From a virus (taxonomy: Duplodnaviria > Caudoviricetes), in IMG/VR virus record IMGVR_UViG_3300027887_000019, positions 1-46,372 of that record: DNA of 46,372 bases; one strand, given 5' to 3'. This document shows, piece by piece, positions 27,741 through 36,484 of this stretch (position 1 is its first letter; each line of letters opens with the position of its first letter). The notes under the pieces are model-generated. The model was not told the DNA's origin, searched no databases, and saw only the letters and a list, made by a program, of their open reading frames with translations. The translations under genes were made by a program, and so were the position numbers.

Positions 27741-27945
27741 TACGACTTTCCTTCTCTTTATTCATTTCGCCCGCACCAAGCAGGCCGCTAATTGCCATTA
27801 GTAACGCCGCTAACCAATGAGGAAACCACTCTGGTAAATCACCTGTTAATGCCATTCCTGCAATACCCAAGAAAAGAAATCTCGCATACCGCACGAACGA
27901 CGTTTCATCCCAAAGGAGCTTCTTAAACCATGGAATCATTGGCAC
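27667..27945 (-). CDS. Putative two-TM holin/membrane protein
   Basis: Two hydrophobic segments and a charged tail. Confidence 0.55.
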   Translation of the reverse strand: MPMIPWFKKLLWDETSFVRYARFLFLGIAGMALTGDLPEWFPHWLAALLMAISGLLGAGEMNKEKESRNGFHKDNSLGGGLGSCHSGPSTDG

Positions 27946-27989
27946 ATCCCAATATTAACCGATTGTTTCATATAAACCATAAGTAAGTG

Positions 27990-28340
27990 TCATGAACGAC
28001 CCCCTTTAGGTATATTACTATGAGTTTGGTTCAAAATTCTCATGATTTCTGTCAGCAAAATGGTCATCTCCTTTACTTCCGACCGCAGCTCGCCTATCTC
28101 TTTCTTCATATTTTCCATGCATTCCTGCTGACGAATGATCAATTCTCGATTCCCCGCATGCCCCGGCCGCTCTACGTGCGTACGAATTTCTTGCTCAATT
28201 CTACCAACATCTTTTGCATTTGGGATTGTGCTATAAATTCCTATAATCGCAGAAATTAACACAGCAAACAAGGCTATCTGAGAATACAACCATCCAGATT
28301 TATCTTCATACCAAGAAGGTGAATCTCCTGAATTCCTCAC
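27990..28340 (-). CDS. Single-TM coiled-coil membrane protein (lysis region)
   Basis: AAGGAG RBS plus GTG; TM helix then heptads. Confidence 0.6.
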   Translation of the reverse strand: MRNSGDSPSWYEDKSGWLYSQIALFAVLISAIIGIYSTIPNAKDVGRIEQEIRTHVERPGHAGNRELIIRQQECMENMKKEIGELRSEVKEMTILLTEIMRILNQTHSNIPKGGRS

Positions 28341-28354
28341 GGCTTAACTCCTTA

Positions 28355-29077
28355 TTACGAAGTAGGCGTCACAACACACTGACGAATCTCAGCACAATTA
28401 GGGACACTTACAGGTACTTGATATCTCAAATTTCCAAGCCTCCTAGTTAGTTCCCTCGCCCATTCTGCAAGAGGACTATGATCTGTAGATGGTACAACTG
28501 GGGGAACAAATAACCCTATTGCGGGAGTGCTTGTTACAACTGGAGTTATAGTGGGGGTGTAAGATACAATTGGAGTAAGTGTAATTGTCCTAGTTGCAGT
28601 CATAGTTGCTGTAAGTGTTCTAGTTGCTGTTGGTATAGTCGCGGTTAGCGTTACAGTTGGTGTTAGGGTTACTGTAGGGGTTCTTGTTTTGGTATATGTA
28701 CGAGTTTTCGTAGCTGTAGGTGTATGTGTAGGTGTAATGGTAGGCGTGTCAGTTGGCGTTATCGTCGGCGTGTCCGTGGGTGTCGAGGTAGGAGTGTCAG
28801 TCGGTGTTGACGTGGGAGTATCTGTCGGCGTCTGCGTAAGCGTTGCTGTCGGCGTTGCGGTGGCTGTGAACGTAGCCGGGAACAACTCATGCGCGCTCTG
28901 GCCGTTAGTCCAGTAGTCGTTACCGCCCTCGTTCTTGGAACCCTCCACACCACGCCACGCTTGGCCGTCCGTCCAATAGCCGGACGAATACGGTGGCTGT
29001 GCGGCGATGGCCCACACAAAATAGGTGATTCCTCCGACCCCGAGGAGGATCACCGCTATGATTGCCGCACGGCGCAT
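28355..29077 (-). CDS. Exported Thr-Pro-rich protein
   Basis: [16 protein letters not shown]...AIAA; YWTDGQ/YWTNGQ; >100-aa TPT tract; C-terminal [12 protein letters not shown]. Confidence 0.75.
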   Translation of the reverse strand: MRRAAIIAVILLGVGGITYFVWAIAAQPPYSSGYWTDGQAWRGVEGSKNEGGNDYWTNGQSAHELFPATFTATATPTATLTQTPTDTPTSTPTDTPTSTPTDTPTITPTDTPTITPTHTPTATKTRTYTKTRTPTVTLTPTVTLTATIPTATRTLTATMTATRTITLTPIVSYTPTITPVVTSTPAIGLFVPPVVPSTDHSPLAEWARELTRRLGNLRYQVPVSVPNCAEIRQCVVTPTS

Positions 29078-29083
29078 CCTGTC

Positions 29084-29491
29084 CTACTGCACGGTTGGCG
29101 TCGGAGTCGGGGTCAGGTAGTTGATTCCCGGCGTGCCTTGAACGGCACCGGCCGCGATGCACCCGCGAGTCTGTCCCCAGGCGATCAATCGTTTTGTAAG
29201 TGAGTTGCTGGTGAGGTTCAATATGTTCATCGTGGAGGCGATCTGCGTGGCCGCGCTATCGTACACCGCGCACGGCGGCAGCGTGACGACCACGGTTCCG
29301 TTGGCTGTGACGCCTGTGAACTCCACCGCGAACGCGGGGCGATTGACTGGCTGTAGAGCAATCACGAGTTTCGTGACTCGCCACTGCGCGATGACATTGC
29401 TGGGCGTCGGCACAACATCCGGCACCAGCACCTCATCTGCTAGTGCTAGCGAGGCTGCGAGTAGGAGTGCTGCAATCGTTGCTGTTCTCAT
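29084..29491 (-). CDS. Exported tail-associated protein
   Basis: GAGGAG RBS; MRTATIAALLLAASLALA signal; NLTSNSLTKRLI...GAVQGTP; TPTPTP end. Confidence 0.75.
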   Translation of the reverse strand: MRTATIAALLLAASLALADEVLVPDVVPTPSNVIAQWRVTKLVIALQPVNRPAFAVEFTGVTANGTVVVTLPPCAVYDSAATQIASTMNILNLTSNSLTKRLIAWGQTRGCIAAGAVQGTPGINYLTPTPTPTVQ

Positions 29492-29502
29492 GTTCGTTCT
29501 CC

Positions 29503-32220
29503 TCATTGCACGCTAAAGTCATCCACGGCGACTGTGCCGCCGCCACCACCAACGTTGTCCGCGTCGATCACGACGCAGGCGATCCCGGCGTATGAGGCAG
29601 CCGGCGTTGTTCCCGTCAGAGTTTCCCACGCTCCCGTGCCGCCGCTCGCCGTTGTCAACACAGTGTCGGTGGACACTACTTGTAGATCCTTGGCCTTCAA
29701 CACCATTCTCGGCTGGCTTCCGGTGTACTCGGCTGACTTGTAGATGTAGGCGGTAAACGTCGCCGTGCCGCTGGCATCCACCGGCGCGCACTTCTCGCTG
29801 GATTCGAGCTTCTGCGCCGATGTTGTCCCGCTCGGCGTCATCAGCTCGTAGGGTTGCGTGTGCCCTGCAATCGGCGTTGTGCTACCGTTGACGGTGCCGT
29901 ATGGATACCAGGCCCGGTGATCGCCATCGGTGGCATTATAGCGTTGGGCGCGAATATAAGACAGTGGATTAATCATAGTTAGGTTGAACATTGTACCTGA
30001 CGTTTGCACCATAGTATTGAGCAATCTTACTCTCATCTGCACATACGGTGCGTACAATACGTTAGATGCAACCGCAGTATAAATACCAGATGTTGCTCCC
30101 AGCGAGGAGTTCTCGATCGCTAATGTAGCATTGTAGGTATCTGGATACATTAAGTGTGTGCACGTAGAGGCTGAATCACACGCCACAGTGGAGTTGACTA
30201 TACGCACAGCTTCTCCGGTATCTGCGGGGTTTATCTGCGTATTTAGCCCACCGGCAACAACAAAAGAGTCTAATGTCAAGGATGATACGGTCAGGAGGTA
30301 CAGTTGCGTGGTGCCAGTCCTATACAATATCACATTAGACACGGAACCTGTCATTCCCTGCATCTGTAAACCATACGCTAGGTTGCTGTGAGACGTCCAC
30401 CCGAGCGCTCCATTAAGCGCTGTCCGTTCGTACACCGTCATTCCTCGTATGCCACCTGCAACCCGCACATTAGTTATTGTACTTCCGAGGTCGTAGAAAA
30501 TAGCGATGGAATGATCTGCGGCTGAGTTTTTCACCATTATTAGGTCGTTGTATAGAAGACTGTTTCCGGTCGTTGAGCGCGCATAGATGTGAAGATCATC
30601 CACATTGTAGGAAACACTATGCGCGTACACTATATTATTATTACTCGAACTGTTTAGGAATATTCCACAACTCCCAGATACCGTCGAATCCCGCCGCGAG
30701 CAATACTGCATGTTGAAGGAACCGGTCGTCGTAGCCACGTCGATGCCGCGCTTGTTGGCCGTCGCGCTTCCGAGCTGGTTGAAGTCGGCATAGCGCCACG
30801 TCACCGTTGCGGTCGGCGCCACGTACACGTACCCCTGCAACGTTGCACTGACTCCACGAATCTGCACGTTGCGGGTGAGGTTGAGTACCTCCGCTGCGAT
30901 CGGCCCCGTGGCCGGTGGCATGCCCTGGTGCGTGTAGATGAGCGGGGAACTGAGCGTGACCTGCGTCCCGGAGTCCACCGACGCAATCGTGAACGATTCG
31001 CTCTCCGTGTAAGTCTGCGAGGTCGGTGCAATTGCCAGTGTATCCCCTGCGGCCCACCCAGAGGTATCCGCTACATGGATCACGTTGGCCGTCCCGGGAT
31101 GCGTGAACTTCACCTTGCTCTGCGTCCCAGCGCTGCCCGTAAGCACCAGATGTGTGGCGTCCGTCACGCTGCTGATCGTGTAACTGCTCCCGTTAATTGT
31201 CACTGTCCCAGTCATGCCCGTGAACGACTGGCACTGCGATGTGATGGCTGTTACCGCTGTGCCCGACGTGTTGACAAATCCGCCAACGTCGGAGGTTAGG
31301 AGCTGCCACACATTGGTTTTTGTCGCACCGTAGACGTTCATCGTCGCGCCGTTGTCGATGTACAAGCCGGAGTCAACGTTGGCCGCTGAATCCATCTCAA
31401 GCGTTGCCGTGCTCGTGCTTGGCATCTGCGCACCGGATGCTCCGATGTTCAGCGTGCCGCCGCCGTAAACGCGCAGGACGCCCTTCACCTTCATGTAGTA
31501 GTTCGTGCTTGCGCTCGTCCCATACGTCAGCACGCCGTAGTTGTTAATGGTCATGCCCTGCGGCGGTCCACCGCTCACCACCGGCCCATAGCTGGTGGTC
31601 GCCGTCTCATTCATGGTGATCGTGTGCGTTGTACATGTAGCCGCCGCCGTACACCCGCCGCCGATCATGAGTTTATCGTTTGTGGTCGGTGCCGCTGCCG
31701 CTGCCGCGGTGAGACGCAGCATACGGGACCAGTTTGTTGCGGTGGAGGAGTAGAGATTCACCATTGAAGCTACTGAGGTTTTCGCGCCGATCTTGTAAGC
31801 GTCGGTGCCGTTTGGCGTTACCGGGCTAGTCGTTTTGAACACGTACCATCCCGCCGCGCTGGCATTGGCCGCGTTGATGTCGCTCACATTGATCGTCACT
31901 GCGAACGCCTCAGTACCAGCCGTGTTGTTGTAGAGTTGCACCGTGATCGTACCGGACGGAGACGCAGCGCGAGAGGCGACCTTCACCGCTACCGCACCGA
32001 TCTCTACCGCTGGCGGTATGGTCGTGTTGCTGTAGGAGTACCCGCTAGTCGTGAGCGCCGTGTTCGCCGCCTCGCTGTCCAGTTCGCAATCAGTCGCCGT
32101 GCAGATTTGCAGCCAACTGTTCGGGTCGGTGAGGTTCCCGTTCTGTCGGCTCAGATACGTCGTCGCCCCAGCCTGCGAGGCAAGGCAGAGCAACATGCAC
32201 AGTATCAACAGTCGTCGCAT
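29503..32220 (-). CDS. Large exported tail spike/adhesin (G8-like domain and right-handed beta-helix)
   Basis: Probable start ATG 32220 after GGAGG; MRRLLILCMLLCLASQAGA; TSGWAAGDTLAIAPT...AEVLNLTRNVQIRG; beta-helix-like repeats. Confidence 0.75.
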   Translation of the reverse strand: MRRLLILCMLLCLASQAGATTYLSRQNGNLTDPNSWLQICTATDCELDSEAANTALTTSGYSYSNTTIPPAVEIGAVAVKVASRAASPSGTITVQLYNNTAGTEAFAVTINVSDINAANASAAGWYVFKTTSPVTPNGTDAYKIGAKTSVASMVNLYSSTATNWSRMLRLTAAAAAAPTTNDKLMIGGGCTAAATCTTHTITMNETATTSYGPVVSGGPPQGMTINNYGVLTYGTSASTNYYMKVKGVLRVYGGGTLNIGASGAQMPSTSTATLEMDSAANVDSGLYIDNGATMNVYGATKTNVWQLLTSDVGGFVNTSGTAVTAITSQCQSFTGMTGTVTINGSSYTISSVTDATHLVLTGSAGTQSKVKFTHPGTANVIHVADTSGWAAGDTLAIAPTSQTYTESESFTIASVDSGTQVTLSSPLIYTHQGMPPATGPIAAEVLNLTRNVQIRGVSATLQGYVYVAPTATVTWRYADFNQLGSATANKRGIDVATTTGSFNMQYCSRRDSTVSGSCGIFLNSSSNNNIVYAHSVSYNVDDLHIYARSTTGNSLLYNDLIMVKNSAADHSIAIFYDLGSTITNVRVAGGIRGMTVYERTALNGALGWTSHSNLAYGLQMQGMTGSVSNVILYRTGTTQLYLLTVSSLTLDSFVVAGGLNTQINPADTGEAVRIVNSTVACDSASTCTHLMYPDTYNATLAIENSSLGATSGIYTAVASNVLYAPYVQMRVRLLNTMVQTSGTMFNLTMINPLSYIRAQRYNATDGDHRAWYPYGTVNGSTTPIAGHTQPYELMTPSGTTSAQKLESSEKCAPVDASGTATFTAYIYKSAEYTGSQPRMVLKAKDLQVVSTDTVLTTASGGTGAWETLTGTTPAASYAGIACVVIDADNVGGGGGTVAVDDFSVQ

Positions 32221-32251
32221 AGAACCTCCACGGAAGCACAATCCAACTATT

Positions 32252-32500
32252 TTACCCACGGAGAAGCCCAAACTTAATACTCGAAGGCCGCAAATCAGGA
32301 GTAATACCATCTTCCAACGTCGGCCACACTGCGGCGACTTCAGGATTATTTGTCCATGCAACGGCCGCCAAAAATCCCAACCAAAACGCACACTGCTCAG
32401 GTGGGAATTGCGTTTCATCAAATGGTTGCTCAGCGATAACTTCCAATAAGCCAGGAACACACGCACAACTAGAAATCTTTGATGCAATTACTTTAACCAT
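32252..32500 (-). CDS. Hypothetical protein (possible fibre-assembly factor)
   Basis: AGGAGG RBS. Confidence 0.6.
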   Translation of the reverse strand: MVKVIASKISSCACVPGLLEVIAEQPFDETQFPPEQCAFWLGFLAAVAWTNNPEVAAVWPTLEDGITPDLRPSSIKFGLLRG

Positions 32501-32509
32501 ACACCCTCC

Positions 32510-33799
32510 TTATTGAACTTGGTTGCATACACATCCAGGTTTTGGTGTAAACCACGCAGGACATTCATAACCCTGACCATAATCAGCAGCATTTACGCAG
32601 TTCACCGCTGGCCCACCGTCGCAACAAACGTCCTCACCAACAGGCGTAATTGTTGGTGTAGGAGTATTAGTAGGTATTAGCGTAGAAGTATATGTATTTG
32701 TTGGTGTTTGTGTGACCGTCGGTGTTTGTGTAAGCGTATTAACAGGTGTATGACTTGGTTCATACAAACCCCAAGCATAGTAATCAACAAACTCTAGGTT
32801 GCAGGTACCATCCACACTAATCCCATTTGGATCTCCCATAGTGATACCATCTTCTAAATCACCTGTATCAGCTAATTGAATGTATTGATTTGTAGATAAA
32901 TCATCCTGGTCGTGCCGCATTCCAGCGCAATCACTATTCCCGGCCGAACTTATCATCGCCATTCGTGCTTGCCCATCAAGATTTATAGACCGTAGAGGGG
33001 CCGCGAACTCCCCTGTATATGCCGCTGTCCAAAGCCATCGAGATACATTAGAATTTTTCTTTGCGGCAACATAAGTATACAATTTGTCAGTTGCATTTAG
33101 ATATGTACTATTTACAGTAAAGCCATCTGAAACTAACTCTGTAATATAATTATTTGGGCAATCACCCCCGCTGAGCGTCGCACTCAGTCCACACGATCTA
33201 CCAGACGGCATATCTACAGTGCGGAATCGCATTTTCAGCGTACTAGCACCAGTATTTGTAACAAACCGTTGATCTATAACCAAATCTGGATCTAAACCTA
33301 TATTTGTGATAGTACGAGGGTTTGAACCATTGCCAGTATATACGCCAGTAACTAACAAACGCGATGCTTTTGCAAATGCATAATAGCAATACGTCGAACC
33401 TAATGCATTTATATTCGATCCAGCCGTGAATCCTGTACCACTTAATGTAATATAATATTGTTGGCACAGAAATCCAGTCGCATAATACACTTGACAAGAA
33501 TAACCAGACGTCATTGCATCCGATGACCACCAAATATCATGCGCCGCGGCCGTATCTTTTTTGCCTACAAAAACAACGGCTGTCTCGAACCCAAGCGCGA
33601 TTGGTTGAGTAAACTCACCATCCCCATCATAACACCCAAAAGCCGCCGATAATTCAGCGGGAATCGTTGGAGTTGGCGTAACACTAGGAGTAGCGGACGC
33701 GACTTGCCCAAAAACATTTGCTGCGCATAAGCAAATTAAAATTAACCCAGCAAGCACAAGCGTAAGCCACTCAAGGATGCAATTAATATATTTACTCAT
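32510..33799 (-). CDS. Exported tail-fibre-like protein with TPT linkers and Cys-rich C-terminal module
   Basis: Hydrophobic leader ...AANVFG; YTGNGS..TITNIGLDPDLVI and related repeats; CCDG...C...C...CVC tail. Confidence 0.75.
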   Translation of the reverse strand: MSKYINCILEWLTLVLAGLILICLCAANVFGQVASATPSVTPTPTIPAELSAAFGCYDGDGEFTQPIALGFETAVVFVGKKDTAAAHDIWWSSDAMTSGYSCQVYYATGFLCQQYYITLSGTGFTAGSNINALGSTYCYYAFAKASRLLVTGVYTGNGSNPRTITNIGLDPDLVIDQRFVTNTGASTLKMRFRTVDMPSGRSCGLSATLSGGDCPNNYITELVSDGFTVNSTYLNATDKLYTYVAAKKNSNVSRWLWTAAYTGEFAAPLRSINLDGQARMAMISSAGNSDCAGMRHDQDDLSTNQYIQLADTGDLEDGITMGDPNGISVDGTCNLEFVDYYAWGLYEPSHTPVNTLTQTPTVTQTPTNTYTSTLIPTNTPTPTITPVGEDVCCDGGPAVNCVNAADYGQGYECPAWFTPKPGCVCNQVQ

Positions 33800-33813
33800 G
33801 CACAACTACCTTA

Positions 33814-34986
33814 TCATGTCGGAGATGGAGTAACCGTAACACATTGCCACAATGGCCTAGGTGTAGTGTTTTGATTATTTATAAACGAATTTTTATGATT
33901 AAATTCCTCCGGGCAATTACTACAAGCACAGGGACAATCAAACTGCTTTCGTCGTAACACGGCGGGCGTGGAAGAAACGGCGGGGGTAGGTAGTAATGTC
34001 CATGTAGGTGTACGTGTCTTTGTTACCGTGGGTGTAGCAGTTGGAGTAGCTGTTGGTGTAGTTGTAGGAGTGAATGTAGGAGTAAATGTTGGCGTTCGCG
34101 TAGAAGTGGCTGTTGGCGTTCGCGTAGCTGTACGAGTATTAGTATTTGTTGGTGTATTAGTAGGTAAATTCGTCGATGTATTAGTGGGTGTGGGCGTCGC
34201 CACGCCATCATCAAGAATAAGTACAGGATAACAAGGAGATTGTGGGCTATACTCTGCGTCAATCGCACTCATTTCTCCTAATGCATACGTCCCCTTTGTT
34301 ACCGTCTCATCTGCCCGCGAAAAACGCCAACCATAGTTTGTCAAATCCCCTACGCATTCTGAGCAAGTAGCCCACCGTTTTACATCAGTTAGAACATCAA
34401 GATCTAAAATCCACGGATTATCATCAGGGTCAGTACATTTATTTGTAACAGGATCACTTGGTTGCCAATTAGTTATTACCGACGCCGTCGAAGTCCCACC
34501 CGACCACGTAGAAACACAGTTTTGGGAAGTATTACTACAGTTTGTGTCTTCCGCGCAATTAAATGTTGTACCATTCTCCTCCGTAACCCCACTCCAAGGA
34601 CCGAAGTAATCCTCCAACATTAATACAGAATGCACATACTGCGTTGCATCCCATGTATGTGTCCAATTACGCTCATTTACACATTCATGAAACTGCATTC
34701 GCAAAGTCGCGGACTGTGCACCTGCCGCAAAAGCCGTATTAATTTTTGTAGTCGAGAAGTGTAAATAACTATACAACTCCAATGCATAAATCCCACAACC
34801 ATCGGCCGCTCCTAACGGAGAAGATCCCAAACAAAAATTGGCACTCCTACTACACACATTTGCGTCGTTTTTCTGTGCATGTACATATTTATCTGCACAG
34901 ATATAAGATATAGTAGCTATGCTAGTGGTAGGTGCCCCCACCACTAGCATAGCAACAACTAACCCAACAGAAAGGAGTTTCTTCAT
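33814..34986 (-). CDS. Exported Cys-rich DNRLRE/CBM96-like domain protein with TPT tract
   Basis: [18 protein letters not shown]; SYLHF...SATLRM...DVLTDVKRW...NYGW...PVLIL; >15 Cys. Confidence 0.7.
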   Translation of the reverse strand: MKKLLSVGLVVAMLVVGAPTTSIATISYICADKYVHAQKNDANVCSRSANFCLGSSPLGAADGCGIYALELYSYLHFSTTKINTAFAAGAQSATLRMQFHECVNERNWTHTWDATQYVHSVLMLEDYFGPWSGVTEENGTTFNCAEDTNCSNTSQNCVSTWSGGTSTASVITNWQPSDPVTNKCTDPDDNPWILDLDVLTDVKRWATCSECVGDLTNYGWRFSRADETVTKGTYALGEMSAIDAEYSPQSPCYPVLILDDGVATPTPTNTSTNLPTNTPTNTNTRTATRTPTATSTRTPTFTPTFTPTTTPTATPTATPTVTKTRTPTWTLLPTPAVSSTPAVLRRKQFDCPCACSNCPEEFNHKNSFINNQNTTPRPLWQCVTVTPSPT

Positions 34987-35768
34987 GGAATTGTAGGAGT
35001 AGGTGTCCGTGTACGAACCGCCGTCGGAGTACGAGTTCTAGTCTTAGTTGGAGTCTTGGTCGGGGTCTTAGTAATTGTCGCCGTCTGTGTCACGGTATTT
35101 GTTGGAACTGTACTTGTAACTGTTACTGTCGCAGTCCGCGTAAGTGTAACAGTGGCAGTTGGGACCGTCGCCGTTTCAGTTGGCGTTTGCGTAATAGTTG
35201 GTGTATCAGTCACGGTCGCAGTTGGATATGTTGCGGTTTCAGTAGCCGTGGGGTACGTTGCCGTCTCAGTAGCCGTGGGATACGTTGCCGTTTGTGTAAC
35301 CGTACCCGATTGCGTTGCGGTAGCAGTTTGAGTAGCTGTGTTCGTTCGTGTATTTGTTGGAGTTTGTGTTACTGTATGTGTAACCGTGATAGTACGTGTT
35401 ATAGTTGGTTCAATAGCAAACGCCTCATCATAAAAAAGCGTTGCCACGCCCAACGTATAACACCACACTTCTTGATCGGGAAAAACGCAGATACTCTTTC
35501 CTTCACCGGGGGCAAGTTTATCACCGGTATCCGGCCCCGGAGTTGCGCTAAGTGAATTTGGGTCGTAACCACAAATCATTTCGTCATTGGAGTTTGCCCA
35601 ATTATGCACAATTAGATCAACTCTCGAAGCCGAATGACCGATAATTTGGGGCGTATTGGACAACCCTACGCCGCCGCCCCGACGATACGTCTCGTTTACC
35701 AACCCGAAGCACACATTTGCAATAAAGAGAATTGGGAAGAAGATAAGAATATATTTATACCTACTCAT
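34983..35768 (-). CDS. Exported small jelly-roll-like (decoration-type) protein with long Thr-rich tail
   Basis: MSRYKYILIFFPILFIANVCFG; RVDLIVHN...G..LAPGE...VWC; ~140-aa T/P tract. Confidence 0.7.
   Translation of the reverse strand: MSRYKYILIFFPILFIANVCFGLVNETYRRGGGVGLSNTPQIIGHSASRVDLIVHNWANSNDEMICGYDPNSLSATPGPDTGDKLAPGEGKSICVFPDQEVWCYTLGVATLFYDEAFAIEPTITRTITVTHTVTQTPTNTRTNTATQTATATQSGTVTQTATYPTATETATYPTATETATYPTATVTDTPTITQTPTETATVPTATVTLTRTATVTVTSTVPTNTVTQTATITKTPTKTPTKTRTRTPTAVRTRTPTPTIP
35211..35291 (-). repeat. 3 x 27-bp coding tandem repeat (TATYPTATE/V)
   Basis: Units 35211-35237, 35238-35264, 35265-35291. Confidence 0.85.
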
Positions 35769-36030
35769 AATACACTTTTACCTTCCCCCCACTGGGTAGA
35801 GCTTGGACGTAAACACCCTTAAACCATCCACCACAGTGAATCCAACTCTCTGTATTAGCGTTTATCGAAGGAACCCGAACAAGTTCACGGCCGCCAGCCT
35901 CATCCAGCAACACAAACTCACCAGATACGCCACCTGTTATACAACAAACACTTGTTACTTTTACGTGACTCGCGATAGATTGTGCTACCGCATCAAACAA
36001 TAGTGGATTACTGGTGAGATCTTCGGCCAT
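35761..36030 (-). CDS. Small capsid-associated protein
   Basis: C-terminal FKGVYVQALPSGGKVKVYY, typical of genes following the MCP. Confidence 0.6.
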   Translation of the reverse strand: MAEDLTSNPLLFDAVAQSIASHVKVTSVCCITGGVSGEFVLLDEAGGRELVRVPSINANTESWIHCGGWFKGVYVQALPSGGKVKVYYE

Positions 36031-36032
36031 CA

Positions 36033-36470
36033 CTATACTCCTGCTATAATAATTGTCCCGTCTTCATCTTGGGACGTTGGAATAGCCGTATCACCACGTA
36101 AGTTTCCCGCACCATCAGCCCAAAGATACAATGCAAGTGGGTCCCCACCTTCATTAACCGTTTCAAGGGCAACAAGCGCGGGTTTATTAAACTCTTTAGC
36201 GGAAACAACCAACATTGATTGTTCCCCTACCCGTCCAATTCTTATCATGTCAGTCATTGATATATACGCCTTTAGGCCCTCTGGGGAAATAGCCGTAACA
36301 ACTGCTGATAGTGCTCCGTCCACATTACCGACCATCACGTACAGCTTATTCCCTCCAGAAGTGAAAGTCTCAAGGAGCAAAAAGCCACTTGAATATGCAG
36401 TATATGCAAGTCTCCCTGAAACCGTCACTAATCCTGGTTCACCTACACGACCATAGCGAGTGACATCCAT
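36033..36470 (-). CDS. Virion protein with internal two-fold repeat
   Basis: GRVGE...LET..GG..LY occurs twice; follows the MCP. Confidence 0.65.
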   Translation of the reverse strand: MDVTRYGRVGEPGLVTVSGRLAYTAYSSGFLLLETFTSGGNKLYVMVGNVDGALSAVVTAISPEGLKAYISMTDMIRIGRVGEQSMLVVSAKEFNKPALVALETVNEGGDPLALYLWADGAGNLRGDTAIPTSQDEDGTIIIAGV

Positions 36471-36484
36471 GTGTCACCCCTTTC

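Noticed and set aside
27930-27945. Holin dual-start motif (GTG-CCA-ATG)
   Set aside because: It lacks the basic residue of lambda S-type dual starts; the evidence is too weak.
32221-32487. N-terminal extension of the 994-aa ORF
   Set aside because: It overlaps gene 32252-32500; the GGAGG RBS and signal peptide support a start at 32220.
28689-35331. Val/Gly-rich plus-strand ORFs (28689, 33968, 35056)
   Set aside because: Antisense shadows of the Thr-Pro repeats.
24900-35768. Diversity-generating retroelement or invertase shufflon acting on the fibres
   Set aside because: No reverse transcriptase, recombinase or TR/VR pair seen.
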